Positions 11,357-22,963 are shown, counted from the first letter of the whole stretch. The stretch is 44,320 bases of DNA, filler included, from Catajapyx aquilonaris (GCA_000934665.2; 2 parts of 2 records of this genome joined end to end with filler, not necessarily neighbours in it), one strand, 5' to 3'. Notes: generated by a model not told the origin, from the letters alone. A program made the numbers and translations.

Positions 11357-11904
11357 TATAGGAACAGTGGTGCATGAAATATCGGGTCCCCTGTCAGATG
11401 GAAAGTTCGTGCTCATGACAAAATAATTATAAATATATTAATTACTCACTCTGTTGGCCGATGTACGAGGGCAAGTCAAAAAGTAGCCTTAAAATGGCAG
11501 TATAAAACCAACATCGCGTAGTAGACCATTTTCCTGCTATGGCACATAGGCACATAGGAATTACATAGGAATGGCACAGGAATGCTCGTACTACGTCTAG
11601 ATCACTTAAAAAGATGGAGATGAATTTGCATTGAAACAAAATGCAAAATTGTCTCCATCTCTTTGAGCGATATAGGAGGCCTACTCCATATTCTCTCATA
11701 TTCTGCCATTTTATAGCATACCTGAAGATTTTGTTATTCATGATTAAATTGTAATTATTAATATGGTTATACTTATTTAAAATTAGTCCATTGTACTAGA
11801 ATATCGAAAAATCTAGGCCAGCAACTGCTATGATTCTGATACTTTAAAAGAGTAATATCCATTAATTTGCCTCCTTTTTTTAAAATTACTTCATTGGGAG
11901 AATT

Positions 11905-12150
11905 GGCGCTCCATTATGGGGGGTGGAATACCACCATTTTACCTCCCAATTTTTCTGAAATTTCTTCACACATGGATGGGGCCAGGATAGGGAAGGAAGG
12001 AAGCGGCTGTGGCCTATTGTATGGAAGTGACCCCGGAATTATCATGGGGGGACCATGGAAAACCACGGTCAGGGTCGGCGGCCACCGGGATTCGAACCCA
12101 GGACCTCCCGATTAGCAGTCGGACGCCTTAACCACTACACCAACCTGCTT
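11905..12150 (-). mobile_element. tRNA-derived SINE with a distinct head and a family-A-type tail
   Basis: Reverse strand reads TGGTGTAGTGGTTAAGGCGTCCGACTGCTAATCGGGAGGTCCTGGGTTCGAATCCC (A and B boxes), then a different body, then AAATGGTGGTATTCCACCCCCC as in family A. Confidence 0.8.
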
Positions 12151-12518
12151 CAGTTAATTTGCCTACTTAATTACAGGGGACTCAGCCTAACCGTTTGACT
12201 AATCATTTCATGTACAGTACTGGTACTGTACCAACTTATACAGGAAGTACCCATTTTATGCCAGTAATTAGTTCCAGCAACACAGAGGCATAAAGTCAAT
12301 CAGCGTAAAATGCATCAAAAGAATCTTGTAAGTAAATGAGATAGGTTTCAAAATTTCCAAAATTTTCCCACAGAGAGTACTAAAATTGATATGTTAATGT
12401 TTAGAATGTTAGTTTAATTGTCAAATTTTTTGGTATTTCCCAATTAAATAACATTTTAAATGGTAACTTGGAAATTGATGATAACAATGCAGAGCCCTTG
12501 GTGACGACCCATACAAAC

Positions 12519-12845
12519 CTGCTTATGCATGGGGATTCGTAATGTCTACGCTTCTGTGGTTGTACGGCCGTAAAAATGGTGCAATCGACACAAAAATTGC
12601 ACCAAAAAATAGCAGATGATCTGGTGCAGGGCAACTAGTTCGTTTTTTTTTTTTAAATTTCGGCTTAGAAATGACCTTTTCATCCAGTTGAAGTGAGAGG
12701 AAAATGGCATTCCCGAAAAGCCCATTTGAATAACATGGCGGCTGGAAACGCGACAAAGTCGGGCACACTTCTGGTGCCTGTATGTCCACAATTTTAATGC
12801 AATCATACCGAGTATTGTACCATCGTAAAGGCCAAACCTTTGCGC
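12519..12845 (+). repeat. Dispersed repeat, unclassified; second copy at about 22399-22715
   Basis: Colinear similarity including GCTTATGCATGGG, GATGATCTGG, CCATTTGAATAACATGGCGGC and TATGTCCACAATTTTAATGCAATCAT. Confidence 0.78.
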
Positions 12846-12991
12846 AGGGCACCTAGTTTGGGATTTTTCAGATTAACGGCGCGTTTCACGACAAAAAAAC
12901 TAAGTTCCCTTCGAAACGCGCGTACCGTACCCGTATTTTTGCTACTGCGTCGGCTTAATGAGAAGTGGATAAAAATAGGTAACTTACTTCC

Positions 12992-13153
12992 TGTAGTCAA
13001 CAGATAACTGAGAATGCACCTCTGGAACCTCCAACATTTCATTTCCATGGAGATGCTTCACTCTGTTTACTCCTTTTGTTGTGGGAGGGCATCTCCATGG
13101 AAATGAAAAGTGGGAGGTTCCAGAAGTGCATTCTCAGGTGTCCATTGACTACA
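12992..13153. repeat. Short foldback (MITE-like) element
   Basis: TGTAGTCAA..CTGAGAATGCAC.TCTGGAACCTCC..TTTCATTTCCATGGAGATGC is mirrored by GCATCTCCATGGAAATGAAA..GGAGGTTCCAGA.GTGCATTCTCAG..TTGACTACA. Confidence 0.8.
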
Positions 13154-13285
13154 AGTTGGCATGCAGAACAATTGCATCAGATGAAGGTTAGGCTACAGTT
13201 CAGTTTTTCTAAAACCTCCAAGTTAAGTAAGTGTCAAAAATGCTCAATTATATGCACCAACTGAAGGAAGTTCATGGCACTATGG

Positions 13286-13590
13286 CAGTGGTTCCCCACC
13301 ATTTTCAGGTCATGACCCCCTTCTATGATAGTCAAGTAACCTGCGACCCCCCCCCCCCCCTCCCCGTATTAGTAGAAGATAAATGTAGTGTTGCCAGTAC
13401 CAGCATTTGTCCCATTTGGAATTTGTCCCTGCCCATGCCGCCATGGCTGTGTAGCCATATTGCAACATGTAAGTGTTTAAAAACCTTCATGGTGAAATTC
13501 CTGTAAAATTTATTGCAAGTAGAAATAACCACGTGGCCACCACGTAACCCCCTGAAAAAGGCTTCGCGACCCCCAGGTTGGGAACCTCTG
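13286..13590. mobile_element. hAT (Charlie-like) MITE
   Basis: TIRs CAGTGGTTCCC / GGGAACCTCTG and a perfect 8-bp TSD CACTATGG (13278-13285 / 13591-13598). Confidence 0.9.
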
Positions 13591-13896
13591 CACTATGGTA
13601 TTTCACAGCCTGGCTAAAAGGCAAGCACCTTAGTTTTTTATATGGTAGCACTGTTTTTTGTCATTATTGGATTTCAATTTTCATGCATTTGCAATTTTCT
13701 TGTGGTGACATTAGTGGCTTAAAATCCTTGAATTTGCATGTACAGTACTGTGGTCCAGATGTATATTGTTTTCTCATCTATCAGCAGATCAGCCTTACAT
13801 CACTTGCAATGATACTCTCCTGGTCATGACCTGCATCCTACAATAACTGGCTAACTTGATGATATTTGCCTTCCCAAAATAGAGGGTGTTGCTGCC

Positions 13897-16800
13897 TCAC
13901 CTGCACTCCTGCTGCCAATTATAGGGACAGGGACCAGTGGAAGAAGGTAGGGCATCTAGGTCCAGGAATTTGCTTTCAGAAACATCTGTATTTGGAAATA
14001 TAAGAGGAAAATTGATAGGAAAATTGGCTCTGTAGATGCCTATAATTTGACTTGTCAAACCTTCAGCCAGGTTCTCCTCATTGGCCATGTACTCATCAAT
14101 CATTGCAGACATGGAAGGGGTGAATGGGAAGGGATCCAAGTCCTTCATCCAGTCATCTGACTCTACTAAAGGCTCCATTGTTGGTACACTGAATTGCTGA
14201 CTTCCCCCTGTAGTCAGATCTTGAGCCTTACTGTAGTTGCAAGCGGAGTGACTAGCAATATCGGTAGGGTAATAATCATGATCTGCATTGGGAGGAGGTC
14301 GGGCAACCTTCTTTCGATGGTACTCTGCAAAATTTAAAGTGTCTCCAGTACACAGTAAAGCGCAAAACATTAAAAGAGCATCACTGGTGAGTCTCTCATG
14401 GAACATCAATTTTTAATGCTCTTCTAATGCTCTTGTGATGCTGTTTTGTTGCTAAAAAGCATCACAAGAGCATTAGAAGAGCATTAAAAATTGATGTTCC
14501 ATGAGAGACTCACCAGTGATGCTCTTTTAATGTTTTTCGGTTTACAGTGTAGGGAAAGTACATATGTCCAGCATACAAGAGGAACATATTAGGCCCAATT
14601 TTGGTGGTTTTGAGTCATTATTAAGTACCATATTACCTCTCATATTGCGGCACGCCGGTATAAAATGAGGTCGACCAGCATGCCGGTATAACCCGGAGGT
14701 GGCTGGCATGCGGCAATAACCTATGTAGATTTCCGTGATTTTGATCCTTGCCAATTTTTTTGGAATGCTTCTGGTACGATACTAAATTAATGTTACAATG
14801 AAAATGGGCAAGTGTACAGGCGGTGAGAATATGTCAGTTCAGTTGCACAGTGAATTGTAAAAATGTAGAGTGTGTGACCAATCCCATCGTCAGCCTGCTT
14901 TGACAGGGGAACCCCATGCTCTAACATACTGTTTAAATAGAGATTATTGCCAAACACTGTTGCGAATGTATGAAAATAATATATGGTACGGGTACCCTAT
15001 TGGGAAAATGTGCCTTTTCGATAGCCTTTATGTGAATTTCGATTTTCAGGCAAATGTGGAGTTCAGAAAGGATAAGGTAACTTATGTAAAAACCTCGCCT
15101 TATACCGGCATGCCGGTATACCCACCAGATCATGCATTTCTAAAAACTAGTCGACCTCGCCTACACCGGCATGCTGCAATATGAGAGGTAATACGGTAGC
15201 AGTTTTTCTGCTCTGTCGCCTGGTGAAGTCCATTTAGTCGTAAATATTCATAAGTAGCCAAGAAGGCCAGATTTTCTGTCTGCTCTATCATGCAAGCAAA
15301 TGCAAGGTCAAACCTTTGCCTGTGATTATCTTAAAACTGGTTTGTTGGACTTAGTGTGTTTCACTTGCAAGCTACAATCTTCCTATTGAATTCTGAAGAT
15401 TTACACTGCAAGTTTTATCATCATCCTCAGTTTCAATTTCTTACAGTGGCACTATATATATATTGTGTATGCCCATTACATTACATTACATTACTTGAGC
15501 TTATTAAGGCTTGGTTGCACAATCTCTGGTTTTACTCGAAACTTTGGGGTATCTAACAGAACCTGCAGTTGTGTAACCCATCCAGAGGAAGCCTCTTGTC
15601 GCAACGAGGTGTATAAGCGTTTTTCTAATGACAGGCCACCCTAAGTTATTAATTTGTACACTTACCATCTTTCTTGGAAGGACGACCTCGTCGACCTCCT
15701 GAGGAACTTGTCTTCAGCTGCAGATATGGTGCCTATTAGATGGCAGTAAATGAATAAAAATATATTTATTAATACCTTTTTAGGCCCCATCCTTGATGGA
15801 GACAAAAAAATTAGATTCTCTCAGGCATGAAATGCTTTTCAGAATTCTAGTCATATGTTAGTTTCTAGGTAATGAAAGTTATGAAGGTGTCAATTGTTAC
15901 AGGGATGCTATTTCTTAACAATAAATCATAAATGTATGCGGTGAGGGTGAAAGGTTCGGTTCAAACTGTATTGTATTCTTGAAACATCCACTAATGAGGT
16001 TTCCAACAATGCATGTAACTCACTGCCAAACTTGCATGGGAGAGGAAAGAGTGAGTGGTAGTGAGCACACACAACATTTATTGTTACATTTATTTGAAGT
16101 CATAAATAATTCTTCCACATAATACTAGAAACTAAATGATGGTGGGGAGGCATGGTGGCCGAGATGGTAAATGTCTCGGCTTGCTGAGTAAACGTCAGGA
16201 GGGTCTCTGACACGCACCGTGGCGTTGTCTGGCAACCTAACCTCCAGGGAGACTGCACATGACCCATTTACCGACATTGCACTTGCACCCGTGTCTCCTC
16301 CCCAGAAATCCCCCTCCTTACATCCCTCAGTTTGAAGATATACACAGAAAATTGAATGAGAAAATAAGGTGGTGTTCCACTCCCCTAAGAGAGCCCAAGG
16401 AGAAAGGAGGCTCATTTTTAGAAGCTGAAACATGTGCCATTTAAATCCTCGAAAAATGTAACCCCCGATGAGCTAGTTCAAGGCGGTGTAGGGGCATTCC
16501 CCTGGACTTCTATAGTGAAGCCACAAACAAGTCCACAAACAAATCCACAAGCCCACAAACAAATTTATTTATAAATATAGATATTCAGAAACACAAATTA
16601 TTGCCAAAAAATTAAGCCTGTCTGTTCTCCCCTACTTTTTCTAATTAGTTGCATTTCAGTCGGAATGCCAGAAATGAGGAAAATATGTGCAAATAATGTG
16701 CATCATTCTGCAACCAGTGATGGACCAAAATGCAATATAATTTTTTTTTAAATTCTGAAAACATTCTACGAGTTTGTGCGATTGAACGCCCCAGAAAGGG

Positions 16801-18537
16801 AATCATAGTTTCATCAAGGACTACTCCCACAATGTTCATTGTTTAGATGTCTGTATTTTATTATTATATGCTGATGCTACTTATGATTGAGATGTTGCAT
16901 TTTGATTAATCACTCCACACGAATGGAAAAGTGTTGTTTCATGCATGACATGTTACTGTTGGATAAATACTGTTATTGGCCCTAAATTTTTACTGAGGTG
17001 ATTGAGGTACTGTACTCTGATGTTTTACTAGTATTGAAACTTACTGTTGCAATTGCATCGCACTCCTCTTCCTTTATTTTCATTGCAATGCTGCAATGCT
17101 CAATCATATCTATGGCCTCTCTTTTAATATTGGGCACTGCCAGCTTCCTGCCCCTGAATCCAATGGTTTTCATGCTAGGCCCGGCGCTGGCTGCCTTGCG
17201 GGAGACATTTGCAAGAAGGTCAGGTTGGCTGGCTTGAAAACTGTCATGGTGAAACTCATGCAGGCCATGTGGAATGTTATGTCGTGCAGGTCCCAGGGGC
17301 TCACGAAACTGGTTTCCAACTTTTTTAAAGCCATACAAATTCAGCTGGCGAATGAAGGATGTTATGTTCCTGGTCTTGAATGCACAGTTTGCTTCGCTCA
17401 TATATTCCCTCTGTGGAAGTAGAAGTTCACTCAGAGTTCACTACCACATATCCTTAATTTACAGGTAATACCATACATATTTCACATTAAATTTTTTGCA
17501 GATCAATGCTTCACTTGTGACAGGTGGATGCAAACAAAGATGGAGTAATAGCAGACAAAGAAGACAAGTTGTGACATTCTGATTTCTGGTAGTCCCAGTA
17601 GTTAATTTAATTGCTTATTGCATTTTATTTCGCTCCCTTCTTTGCTTTTCTATGTCTCTTCTTTTCCCATGCAACCCCCTCATTCATACTGAAAGCTTTA
17701 ATATTAACTTTCTCCCTCCTACAGAGAAACTGCCAAGATATCAGCAGTTGACGACTTGGTTCATAACCAATCTCAAGTATCTTAGGTTTGGGAACACTTA
17801 TACGGACCACAAAACAATAATAGACAAACTATAAAGTTGATCTGTACCTACTCATTATAAAGACAAATACAACTCAACTATTTCAACAAGTGAGAGAAAT
17901 GCAACTTTCTAGAGCAATGCTACCAGAATGAATTAACTTGTGCTGATGATATGCCTTGCTTAGCTGTAAGGATCTGTCAGGCATTTTCTGCAAGTGATTC
18001 TCAAAGTGAGATCCATAGAATCATGACTCCTCTCCAGATTGGCTGTGATCTGATCAAAATTTCCAATTATAATGGGAGTATGAGTGGCAGTAAGTGAAAA
18101 TACTTCCAGTGTGGTTACTAAGAGGCTACTCTCAACAAAGTTTAAGCAACACTGCTTTATGCCACTAATTCAAGTCAATTGCCAGTTGAAGCCATTATTC
18201 TACCAGCGTTTCACCTGCTATGTATGTTTCATCAAGGCAGGGTCAATGACCCTTCATGACAACCCTCCTAAACTCATGACAGTGGCCTAGTATGGGTAGA
18301 TTTCTTATCGTCACATGCATACCTCCCTGGCCTCAGAGGAGCCTTACACCGGAAGAGTGTTGGTGTTGGTTAGATGTACCAGAACAAGGTACTTGCCTGG
18401 AAGTCTTCGTAGTGCAAAAGAATGGTCTTCCCTTCGGCTCCCCATTGGATGGACCCAGAAGTGCAGGAATTGACCAATTTCCAGAGCTTGAAGGGGAATC
18501 TCATGGCGTATACCTCGGCGTCTTTTTCGGACATCAT
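13897..18537 (-). CDS. Heat shock factor DNA-binding-domain protein, HSF5/HSFY-like. Exons 18537-18397, 17410-17045, 15732-15666, 14324-14061 and 13985-13901 (or read-through to the stop at 13897); 3' end uncertain
   Basis: The spliced product MMSEKDAEVYAMRFPFKLWKLVNSC..IQWGAEGKTILLHYEDFQ|REYM..FKTRNITSFIRQLNLYGFKKV..HEFHHDSFQASQPDLLANVSRK contains the HSF DBD motifs (FPxKLW, SFIRQLNxYGFxK, F.H..F....P.LL..V.RK). An in-frame TAG lies upstream of the first ATG. Exon phases 0/0/1/1 are mutually compatible. No obvious HR-A/B heptad region follows the DBD. Confidence 0.88.
14351..14549. mobile_element. Palindromic MITE with 79-bp perfect arms, TA-flanked
   Basis: 14364-14442 is the exact reverse complement of 14458-14536 (15-nt spacer). 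Outer ends are TA|CACAGTAAA / TTTACAGTG|TA. Confidence 0.85.
14628..15196. mobile_element. pogo/Tigger-type MITE
   Basis: TA|CCATATTACCTCTCATATTGCGGCACGCCGGT ... ACCGGCATGCTGCAATATGAGAGGTAATACGG|TA, with subterminal ATGCCGGTATA repeats. Confidence 0.85.
16144..16397 (+). mobile_element. tRNA-derived SINE, family A, B-box region deleted; lies in an intron of the HSF-like gene
   Basis: Head GGTGGCCGAGATGGTAA..TCTCGGCTTGCTGAGT joins directly to CGTCAGGAGGGTCTCTGAC. Tail hairpin GGTGGTGTTCCAC is present. Confidence 0.82.
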
Positions 18538-19139
18538 CTGGAACCTGGCTAGGGTCGGATGCTGAAGAATTGCAGCCTATTGACGCGGATGTGGACGAGG
18601 AGCCAGCAGCCGTCGAAAAACCTCCTTCATTCGAATCCACTATGGCCGCCGACAAGGGGGAGGGGAGGGGAGGGGGAATAAAGGGACGAGACGGAGGGCA
18701 TTGACCTCTCCCGCTTCACAGGTTTAATGCGTTCGCGCCCTCTCAATAATAACAATAATAATAATTAATAAAAATAAAAATAAAAAAAATAATAATAATA
18801 ATAATAATATTAATAATAATATTAATAAATATAAAAACCTGCAACAACAACAAAAACAACTCCGACCAATAGACTCCGACCGACTCCGACTGTGACGGAC
18901 TGTGATGATATCTTTGGATGATTTGATTTCACCTTCCAACCGCGGCTCTTGTGACAACAGTGAAATCTGGGGCCTGTGACATTAATAATAGCGTACAATT
19001 TGGTGAGACCTACTCTCATTGTGTTTGAGATAGGCCTATATCATAGAAAAACTTCACAAACAAGGAGGATGCTGACAGACGCTACAATATGGTAATACTT
19101 CAGTTGTTTTTTTTTTCAATGCATTTGTTATGGTGAAGA

Positions 19140-19377
19140 CAGTGGCGGATTTAGGGGGGGGGGGGCACGGGGGCACGTGCCCCCCCCCCCCCCNGGGGGG
19201 GGGGGGAAACGCGCAAAAACCCTCTAGAACAGTGCAAAATTGCACTGTTCTATGGGTAATTATTTTCCGTTTTGCCCCAAATTTGGGCTCGAGAGTAAGG
19301 GTTGTGACCTTGAAGCGAAAAAAAATTCCCCCATACCCTTGTGCCCCCCCCAGAAAAAATTCCTGGATCCGCCACTG
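19140..19377. mobile_element. hAT-type MITE
   Basis: TIRs CAGTGGCGGAT / ATCCGCCACTG with G/C-run subtermini, and a perfect 8-bp TSD GGTGAAGA (19132-19139 / 19378-19385). Confidence 0.9.
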
Positions 19378-19725
19378 GGTGAAGATATGGTGGCAGAGAT
19401 GGTAACGTCTCGGCTTCCTGATCGAAAGGTCCCTGGTTCGATCCCCGCCCGGGATTTCCCTTTCGGCTGCGTCAGGAGGGTCTCTGCCCCGCACCTTGGA
19501 GGTGTCTGGCAACCTGACCTCATGGGGACTACACGCATGGCCCAGCGCTTGACATTGCACTTGCACCCATGTCCCTTCCCCCGAAAATCCCTTGATCCTT
19601 CCACTACGTCCTTGATTCCCTGCACCGCACCGGAGAGCGAAGTAATAAACCATAGCCTACTAGAAAACTGATGGTGGACTGCCACCCCCCTATTTATAAC
19701 GATTTCCAGTTGTATCACGGGGTAA
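19378..19725 (+). mobile_element. tRNA-derived SINE, family A
   Basis: A box TGGCAGAGATGG, B box GGTTCGATCCC, family body, tail TATCACGGGGTAA. Confidence 0.87.
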
Positions 19726-20022
19726 TAAAAATATATAGGCCTAATATTAAAATTATTATCAGTGGACGTATATGAAGATGCCTTCTGATTGGTCTGCCTC
19801 TTATTGTTGCCGCCACCTTCTGATTGGCCCCCGTTCATTGTTACCTCGTTGTTACCATGTCGCCTCCAATTGGCCCCCGTTCAGGGCATGCGCAATGGGG
19901 TGTGTAAGCAATAACGTCTCTCGCTTACCATTCCGTCTCTGTCGGCCGTAGGATCAACACTTCGCCCTCTCCCCACCCACCCAACAACAACCGCGCATCC
20001 GCGTGGCCGACTCTCCGCCTCA

Positions 20023-20769
20023 AGGTGTGTTTATACCGTCTGGAAGTGACGGCAGTTCCGGCGAACTGGGTGCTTTGGCAACGGAAACCGTGGCCACCAG
20101 AAATATCGCAGAAATGTCGCAAGGAATCGAGCGCCTGCGACCGCATTTCTCCCTAGTAGTCTTTTCTGCAAGAAGCAAGGGATCCGTAACCTCTGCTGTG
20201 CCCCTGCTTCTCCTCCTTCCCCCATCTACCCACTCCCTCTGCCTATATTGGTCTGGTCACCCTGCTGAGAATTTTAAATATGACCAATCAGGGTCCGGGT
20301 GGAGCCTCCCCCCTTGCAAGCCTCCGTCTTCACCCATGCTTCACCTGGCCACTCCATACTACGTCACAGCTCCGGAACTCCATCTGGCCTATCAGAGCCT
20401 TCCCCGTATGCGCGCGCACAAAGGAACTTTCAGTTGAGACGCCCATCTCTTTGCCTTTCTCTTTTCGAACGTTTCGAACCAATCAGCGACGGTAGAGGGT
20501 GGAGTTTATCCCCCCCCCATCTAAGATGGCTGCAACCGAGAAGTCCAGCAAAGGAGCTCGGAAGGCAGGAGGAACAAGGGCACCCTCTACCCCCTGCCCC
20601 CCTGCCCGTCTTTCCCAGCCCTCCCCATCCCTGACCTGGCCACTCCTCTCCTCCGACTCCTCGCTGGCTGTGCGACCGCAATGGCGTAAACGGATAGTAC
20701 GATTCGAGTGCCCGGCAGGAAATTAGTTCGCGGGAACTGGGCGCACTTCCAGACGGTATAAACACACCT
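20023..20769. mobile_element. PIF/Harbinger-type non-autonomous element nested in a Helitron
   Basis: 26-bp perfect TIR AGGTGTGTTTATACCGTCTGGAAGTG and a 3-bp TNA-type TSD TCA (20020-20022 / 20770-20772). Confidence 0.82.
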
Positions 20770-21283
20770 TCACTCACGATGTTCATCCATTCTACACCAT
20801 GACCCCCGCCTCTCCTGTTCCATCCACCCATCCCTGTATTGTTGGGCGGTTGGCACCCCACTGGCATTCTATACTGTATAAACATAGGCCGTTGGTTCTT
20901 GGAACGTCGCGTCAGACGACGTGTTCTGATAGCCTGGCACTGGAGCCTCATGTAAAAATCATGCAACTCAAGATACTGGATTTTTACTTGTAGGCCACAA
21001 ATATATCCACTGGCACCAACCACGTCTCTCTAACTTGTTTTCCTGCCAAGTTTTTCTAGTTTTTCTAGTATGATTTATGCAAGATCAAATGGCAGATCAC
21101 GAACTTTGAGGTGCAATATTTTAAAATGGCCAAATCAGAGATAGGGCCTACATGTTTTTACGCATGATGCTCCAGCGCTGTTCCTAGGCCAAAGGTTAGC
21201 AAATGCGTATTTCCCAGCCGATGCAAGGGTGGGATTAAGATGGTTATTCACAGGCTAGTTCGGAATCACGTATAATCATATAC

Positions 21284-21612
21284 TCATCTTTTTTGTCCGA
21301 ACAGTTATCGGAAAATTGCACGTAGCTGCTACTTTATAAGCAGTGACTTGCAACCGGTGATTTGTCGGAGGAATGGGGACGAATAAGGAAAAATGGGGTC
21401 ACACATCCCTTGGCATGTGTGACCCTCTTTTTTCCAGGCTTGACCCTCAATTTGCAGCGGGCAGCACGTATGCCACTTCAACCTACGATTCGCAGGGAAT
21501 ATTCCCCTTTCCTCCGAAAAATCACCGTTTGCAAGTCACTGCTTAAAAAGTACCAGCTTATACGCGGAATTTTTCGATAACTGCGTTCGGACAAAAAATA
21601 TGAGACACCCTG
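21284..21612. mobile_element. Tc1/mariner-type MITE with eroded left tip, nested in the Helitron 3' module
   Basis: Imperfect arms of about 85 bp (CTCAT.TTTTTTGTCCGAAC..AAGCAGTGACTTGCAA / mirror). The right end is ACACCCTG|TA. Confidence 0.75.
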
Positions 21613-21938
21613 TACATCACTACGGAGGAATGGGTGATGTGGGTGGGGAGTACGCATATGATTGGGAGATGGGCATCACTGGCTGGCTGTAAGTCAGAAG
21701 AGATTTTAAATGCGGTGTCGACCGCAGGCTTAGAAAAACGTGAGCGAAGCTACCGGTTTTCTACGCCTGCGCCATAGAAAAATTCGAGCGTAGCGAGGGT
21801 TTTTCTAGAGTGGTCTTGTCTTCAATAAGGTCTGGGGACTGAAACAGGTGTGTTACTGTAACTCGGGGGACGTTGACCCAATTGTGGGGACATTTTCGGT
21901 CCCCACAGCTAGACCCACGAGAATATCACCGTTAAACC

Positions 21939-21940
<2 letters not shown>

Positions 21941-21975
<35 letters not shown>
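21941..21975. repeat. (GT)n microsatellite
   Basis: Direct reading. Confidence 0.95.
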
Positions 21976-21977
<2 letters not shown>

Positions 21978-22119
21978 CCGCGGATAAACAATAGTTTAAC
22001 CATATTAATTATTAATTAACACAATGAATTCAGCCGACAAACTTGTAGGGGTAATAGAGGGGACCAAGACAAACATTTTTGACATAGGAACCCGTGTCCG
22101 GAAACGCCATCTAGAGGGG

Positions 22120-22219
22120 NNNNNNNNNNNNNNNNNNNNNNNNNNNNNNNNNNNNNNNNNNNNTTAATTAATTAANNNNNNNNNNNNNNNNNNNNNNNNN
22201 NNNNNNNNNNNNNNNNNNN
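22120..22219. other. Assembly gap (N runs with a 12-nt TTAATTAATTAA filler)
   Basis: Direct reading. Confidence 0.95.
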
Positions 22220-22398
22220 TGAGCCAACAGCAAAACACGTTGGCCAAACAACTGGCCAAAAAGTGGCGACGCTTGGAAACCGTTTTTTCCACTCTTCCTA
22301 GTATAAGCTCTTTGCCTTTGTGTTGATATCTGACAGTGTTATGGAAACTTAAGGTGGCACATTAGGAAAAATACGGTTGGCGACAACCTAAACAAACT

Positions 22399-22715
22399 CG
22401 CTTATGCATGGGCAGCATATGGGGATTACACAACATGTCTACATTTCTGTGGCCGTACCGCCACAAAAATTGTTCAATAGACATAGAAATTGCATTAAAA
22501 AATAGATGATCTGGCGCAGGTGCGGGTTCGTCTTTTTCCCATTTTCGGCCTAGAAGTGACTAGTTGAAGTGAGTGGAAAACGACGCTTTCGAAAAGTCCA
22601 TTTGAATAACATGGCGGCAGAAATCGCTTGAAAATCGGACACATTTCTGTGGACGTCCGACGTATGTCCACAATTTTAATGCAATCATGTCTCGTATGGT
22701 ATCATTGTAAAGGCT
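22399..22715 (+). repeat. Dispersed repeat, unclassified; homologous to 12519-12845
   Basis: The same blocks occur in the same order and orientation. Confidence 0.78.
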
Positions 22716-22963
22716 GTAAACGCATCTGATGCAGCGTCATATGCTCCTGTGACAATTTTTCTACACCTCAGCCTTTACAAGTTTTTTCTCAAATATCTCA
22801 GAGCCAACTATTTTGGATTTGTCTGCTTTTGCAAGTCAGGTACTCAAGAGTATAAACATTAAATTTGCAAATTATAAACACTAAGACACCAAGAAAGGCA
22901 ATTAACAATAAAATAATGTATTTATAACAATACAACTATACAATAGTGTAATAACGTATATAT

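Larger units (their letters stand above)
19734..21808 (+). mobile_element. Helitron-like element, diverged, with nested Harbinger-type and Tc1-type MITEs
   Basis: 5' module (TAATATTAAAAT..TGATTGGTC..TTGTTGCCGCCACC..GCATGCGCAATGGG) and 3' module (ATTTCCCAGCCGATGCAAGGGTGGGATT ... GAGCGTAGCGAGGGTTTTTCTAG) shared with the other copies. Confidence 0.65.

Noticed and set aside
12075..12150. tRNA gene on the minus strand (also tRNA-like heads at 8833, 23579, 26681, 29386, 37505)
   Set aside because: A and B boxes are present but no closed acceptor stem is evident, and each runs into a SINE body and tail, several with TSDs.
19054..21023. Long ORFs of 143-199 aa in the ORF track
   Set aside because: They run through a hAT MITE, a SINE and Helitron/Harbinger sequence, with no recognisable domain or splice structure.
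22144..22155. TTAATTAATTAA palindrome
   Set aside because: It lies between N runs and gives stops in all frames, so it is most likely a scaffolding filler.
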